Origin: Microbacterium sp.
GTDB taxonomy: Bacteria > Actinomycetota > Actinomycetes > Actinomycetales > Microbacteriaceae
Assembly: GCA_050701935.1 (NCBI GenBank)
Contig: JBOGEI010000001.1
Coordinates: forward strand, 1-62,187
Direction: 5' to 3'
DNA: 62,187 nt
Below, piece after piece: positions 60,656 through 62,187 of this stretch; the stretch's first letter is position 1, and every line of letters starts with the position of its first letter. Under the pieces are notes generated by a model. It was not told where the DNA came from. It ran no database searches and saw only the letters and a program-made list of their open reading frames with translations. A program made the position numbers and the translations under genes.

Positions 60656-62187
60656 TACGCCTCCGGGTTCGCTTCGTCGGTGTCGTCTTCGGTCCCGTCT
60701 TCACCGAGAAGCTCGCGCACCTCGTCCTCGACCGTCGGCTCCGCCACGGCAGCCGGCTCCTCCTCTGAGGCAGCGTCTTCAACCGGAGCCGGATTCTCTT
60801 CCGAAACCTCGTCGTGAGTGTCGCCGGGAGCCTCGGTGGCTTCGGCCTGCGGATCGTCCGCGGCAATCGATTCCGCGTCGTCGGTGAGTTCGTCGGAGTT
60901 GTCGTCGAGGAACTCTCCCTCGATCAGGCTGTCTTCGATGAAGATCTCTTCGTCCCCGCCCTCGTCGATGCCGAGAGCTTCGGCAGCGACCTGAGCGCGG
61001 TGGGACCAGAACTCGGACTCCTCGGTACGCCCGAGGTCTTCGAGCACGGCTGCACGGGCAGCGAAAAGAGCAGGGCTCCACTCGAAGGCACGATCGGGGT
61101 CGAGCTCGGGTATCTCGAGCTCACCGAGCGCGAGCTCGAGGTCACCTTGGTCGAGCCGTGCGCCCGACATCGCGATCGCCAGGGCGACGCGAACGGGCGT
61201 TTCGAGCGCAGACCGATCGATGGCGCGCCCGGTCTCGAGCGCACGATCAGCGCGACCGATCCCACGCTCGCTGTCGACCATCAGGGCGATCTGATCGTCT
61301 TTGCCCGAGATACGACGGTAGGTGCGCAACTCACGCAGCGCGAGGGCGAAGTCCTCCGTCGCGTAAGCCGTGATGCCGAGGGTCTCGCGAACGATCGCGA
61401 TGCGTCCTGCACGTCGAGAAGCTGCCAGCGCATGCTCGTGCGCGAGCGCCGGATCCTCATCGATGAGCCGTGAAGCCATCGCAAGGTGGCGCGCGACGTG
61501 TTCGGCGTTCTCCTTGCTCAGGGTCTTGAGCTCATTGCGAGCCGCACCGTTGAGATCGCGCGCTGTGACCTCATCGGGGATCTGCGGTTCGTCGAACCGC
61601 GGACGCTCGTTCGCTGCCTGGGCCGGACGCTCCCTGCCCGCTCCCCCGCGCTGCGGATAGGAACGAGCCTGGCCGCGGTCGCCGCGGTCGCCGCCTTCAC
61701 GGCGGGGTGCGGAGTCACGGTTGTACCCGCCACCCTCACGGCGCGGCGCGGCGCCATCACGGTTGTACCCGCCCTCGCGACGCGGTGCGGAATCACGGTT
61801 GTACCCGCCACCCTCACGACGGGGTGCGGAGTCGCGGTTGTAGCCACCGCCTTCGCGGCGCGGTGCGGCACCATTACGGTTGTACCCGCCACTTTCGCGA
61901 CGCGGGGCCGAGTCACGGTTGTACCCACCACCCTCACGACGCGGTGCGGCACCATTACGGTTGTATCCGCCACTTTCACGACGCGGGGCCGAGTCACGGT
62001 TGTACCCGCCACCCTCACGACGCGGTGCGGAATCACGGTTGTACCCACCACCCTCACGACGCGGTGCCGAGTCACGGTTGTACCCGCCGCCTTCACGGCG
62101 CGGCGCGGCACCATCACGGTTGTACCCGCCACCCTCACGACGCGGAGCGGAGTCACGGTGGTACCCACCACCCTCACGACGCGGAGC
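60655..62187 (-). CDS. TPR-like protein (Rv1691-like) with repetitive N-terminal region and acidic tail; 5' end lies beyond the window
   Basis: Frame is open from 62187 through the repeats into ELKTLSKENAEHVARHLAMA; synteny with HAD and tlyA. Confidence 0.85.
   Translation of the reverse strand, partial: APRREGGGYHRDSAPRREGGGYNRDGAAPRREGGGYNRDSAPRREGGGYNRDSAPRREGGGYNRDSAPRRESGGYNRNGAAPRREGGGYNRDSAPRRESGGYNRNGAAPRREGGGYNRDSAPRREGGGYNRDSAPRREGGYNRDGAAPRREGGGYNRDSAPRREGGDRGDRGQARSYPQRGGAGRERPAQAANERPRFDEPQIPDEVTARDLNGAARNELKTLSKENAEHVARHLAMASRLIDEDPALAHEHALAASRRAGRIAIVRETLGITAYATEDFALALRELRTYRRISGKDDQIALMVDSERGIGRADRALETGRAIDRSALETPVRVALAIAMSGARLDQGDLELALGELEIPELDPDRAFEWSPALFAARAAVLEDLGRTEESEFWSHRAQVAAEALGIDEGGDEEIFIEDSLIEGEFLDDNSDELTDDAESIAADDPQAEATEAPGDTHDEVSEENPAPVEDAASEEEPAAVAEPTVEDEVRELLGEDGTEDDTDEANPEA
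61692..62187 (-). repeat. Coding tandem repeats, about 12 copies of (E-G/S-GG-YNR-DS/DGA/NGA-APRR), 36-42 bp each
   Basis: Translated directly; variation is mostly synonymous and unit lengths are multiples of 3. Confidence 0.92.

Noticed and set aside
61692..62187. Possible CRISPR array
   Set aside because: Units are contiguous with no unique spacers, lengths are multiples of 3, variation is mostly synonymous, and no cas genes are present; it is a coding repeat

Overview
GC-rich actinobacterial chromosome segment. Gene content and order suggest Microbacteriaceae, probably Microbacterium (inference). The left part (1-23 kb) holds an acyl-CoA ligase, def, a MinD-like ATPase, pyc, a ParA protein, the garA/MerR cluster, copC, lpdA, a type III PKS-methyltransferase-monooxygenase operon and the imuA'-imuB-dnaE2 mutasome. 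The middle (23-45 kb) looks accessory: TetR/MFS/amidohydrolase, helR with an upstream rifamycin-associated element, leuA with a Leu-codon leader peptide, a frameshifted HerA-like ATPase, an atypical two-component pair, tRNA-Pro(GGG) and a DUF222-HNH gene. The right part (45-62 kb) is the conserved minus-strand block TPR-HAD-tlyA-nadK-recN-pyrG-Nudix-xerD-parA-scpAB-rluB-tyrA-cmk-der. The most intriguing unexplained signal is a roughly 140-nt non-coding unit at 23372-23510. It has its own -10 box, an upstream dyad, and serial hairpins that display GGG(G/A) loops, which fits a protein-sequestering sRNA. I found no CRISPR array, prophage or IS element. All calls come from reading motifs by eye; no database searches were run.
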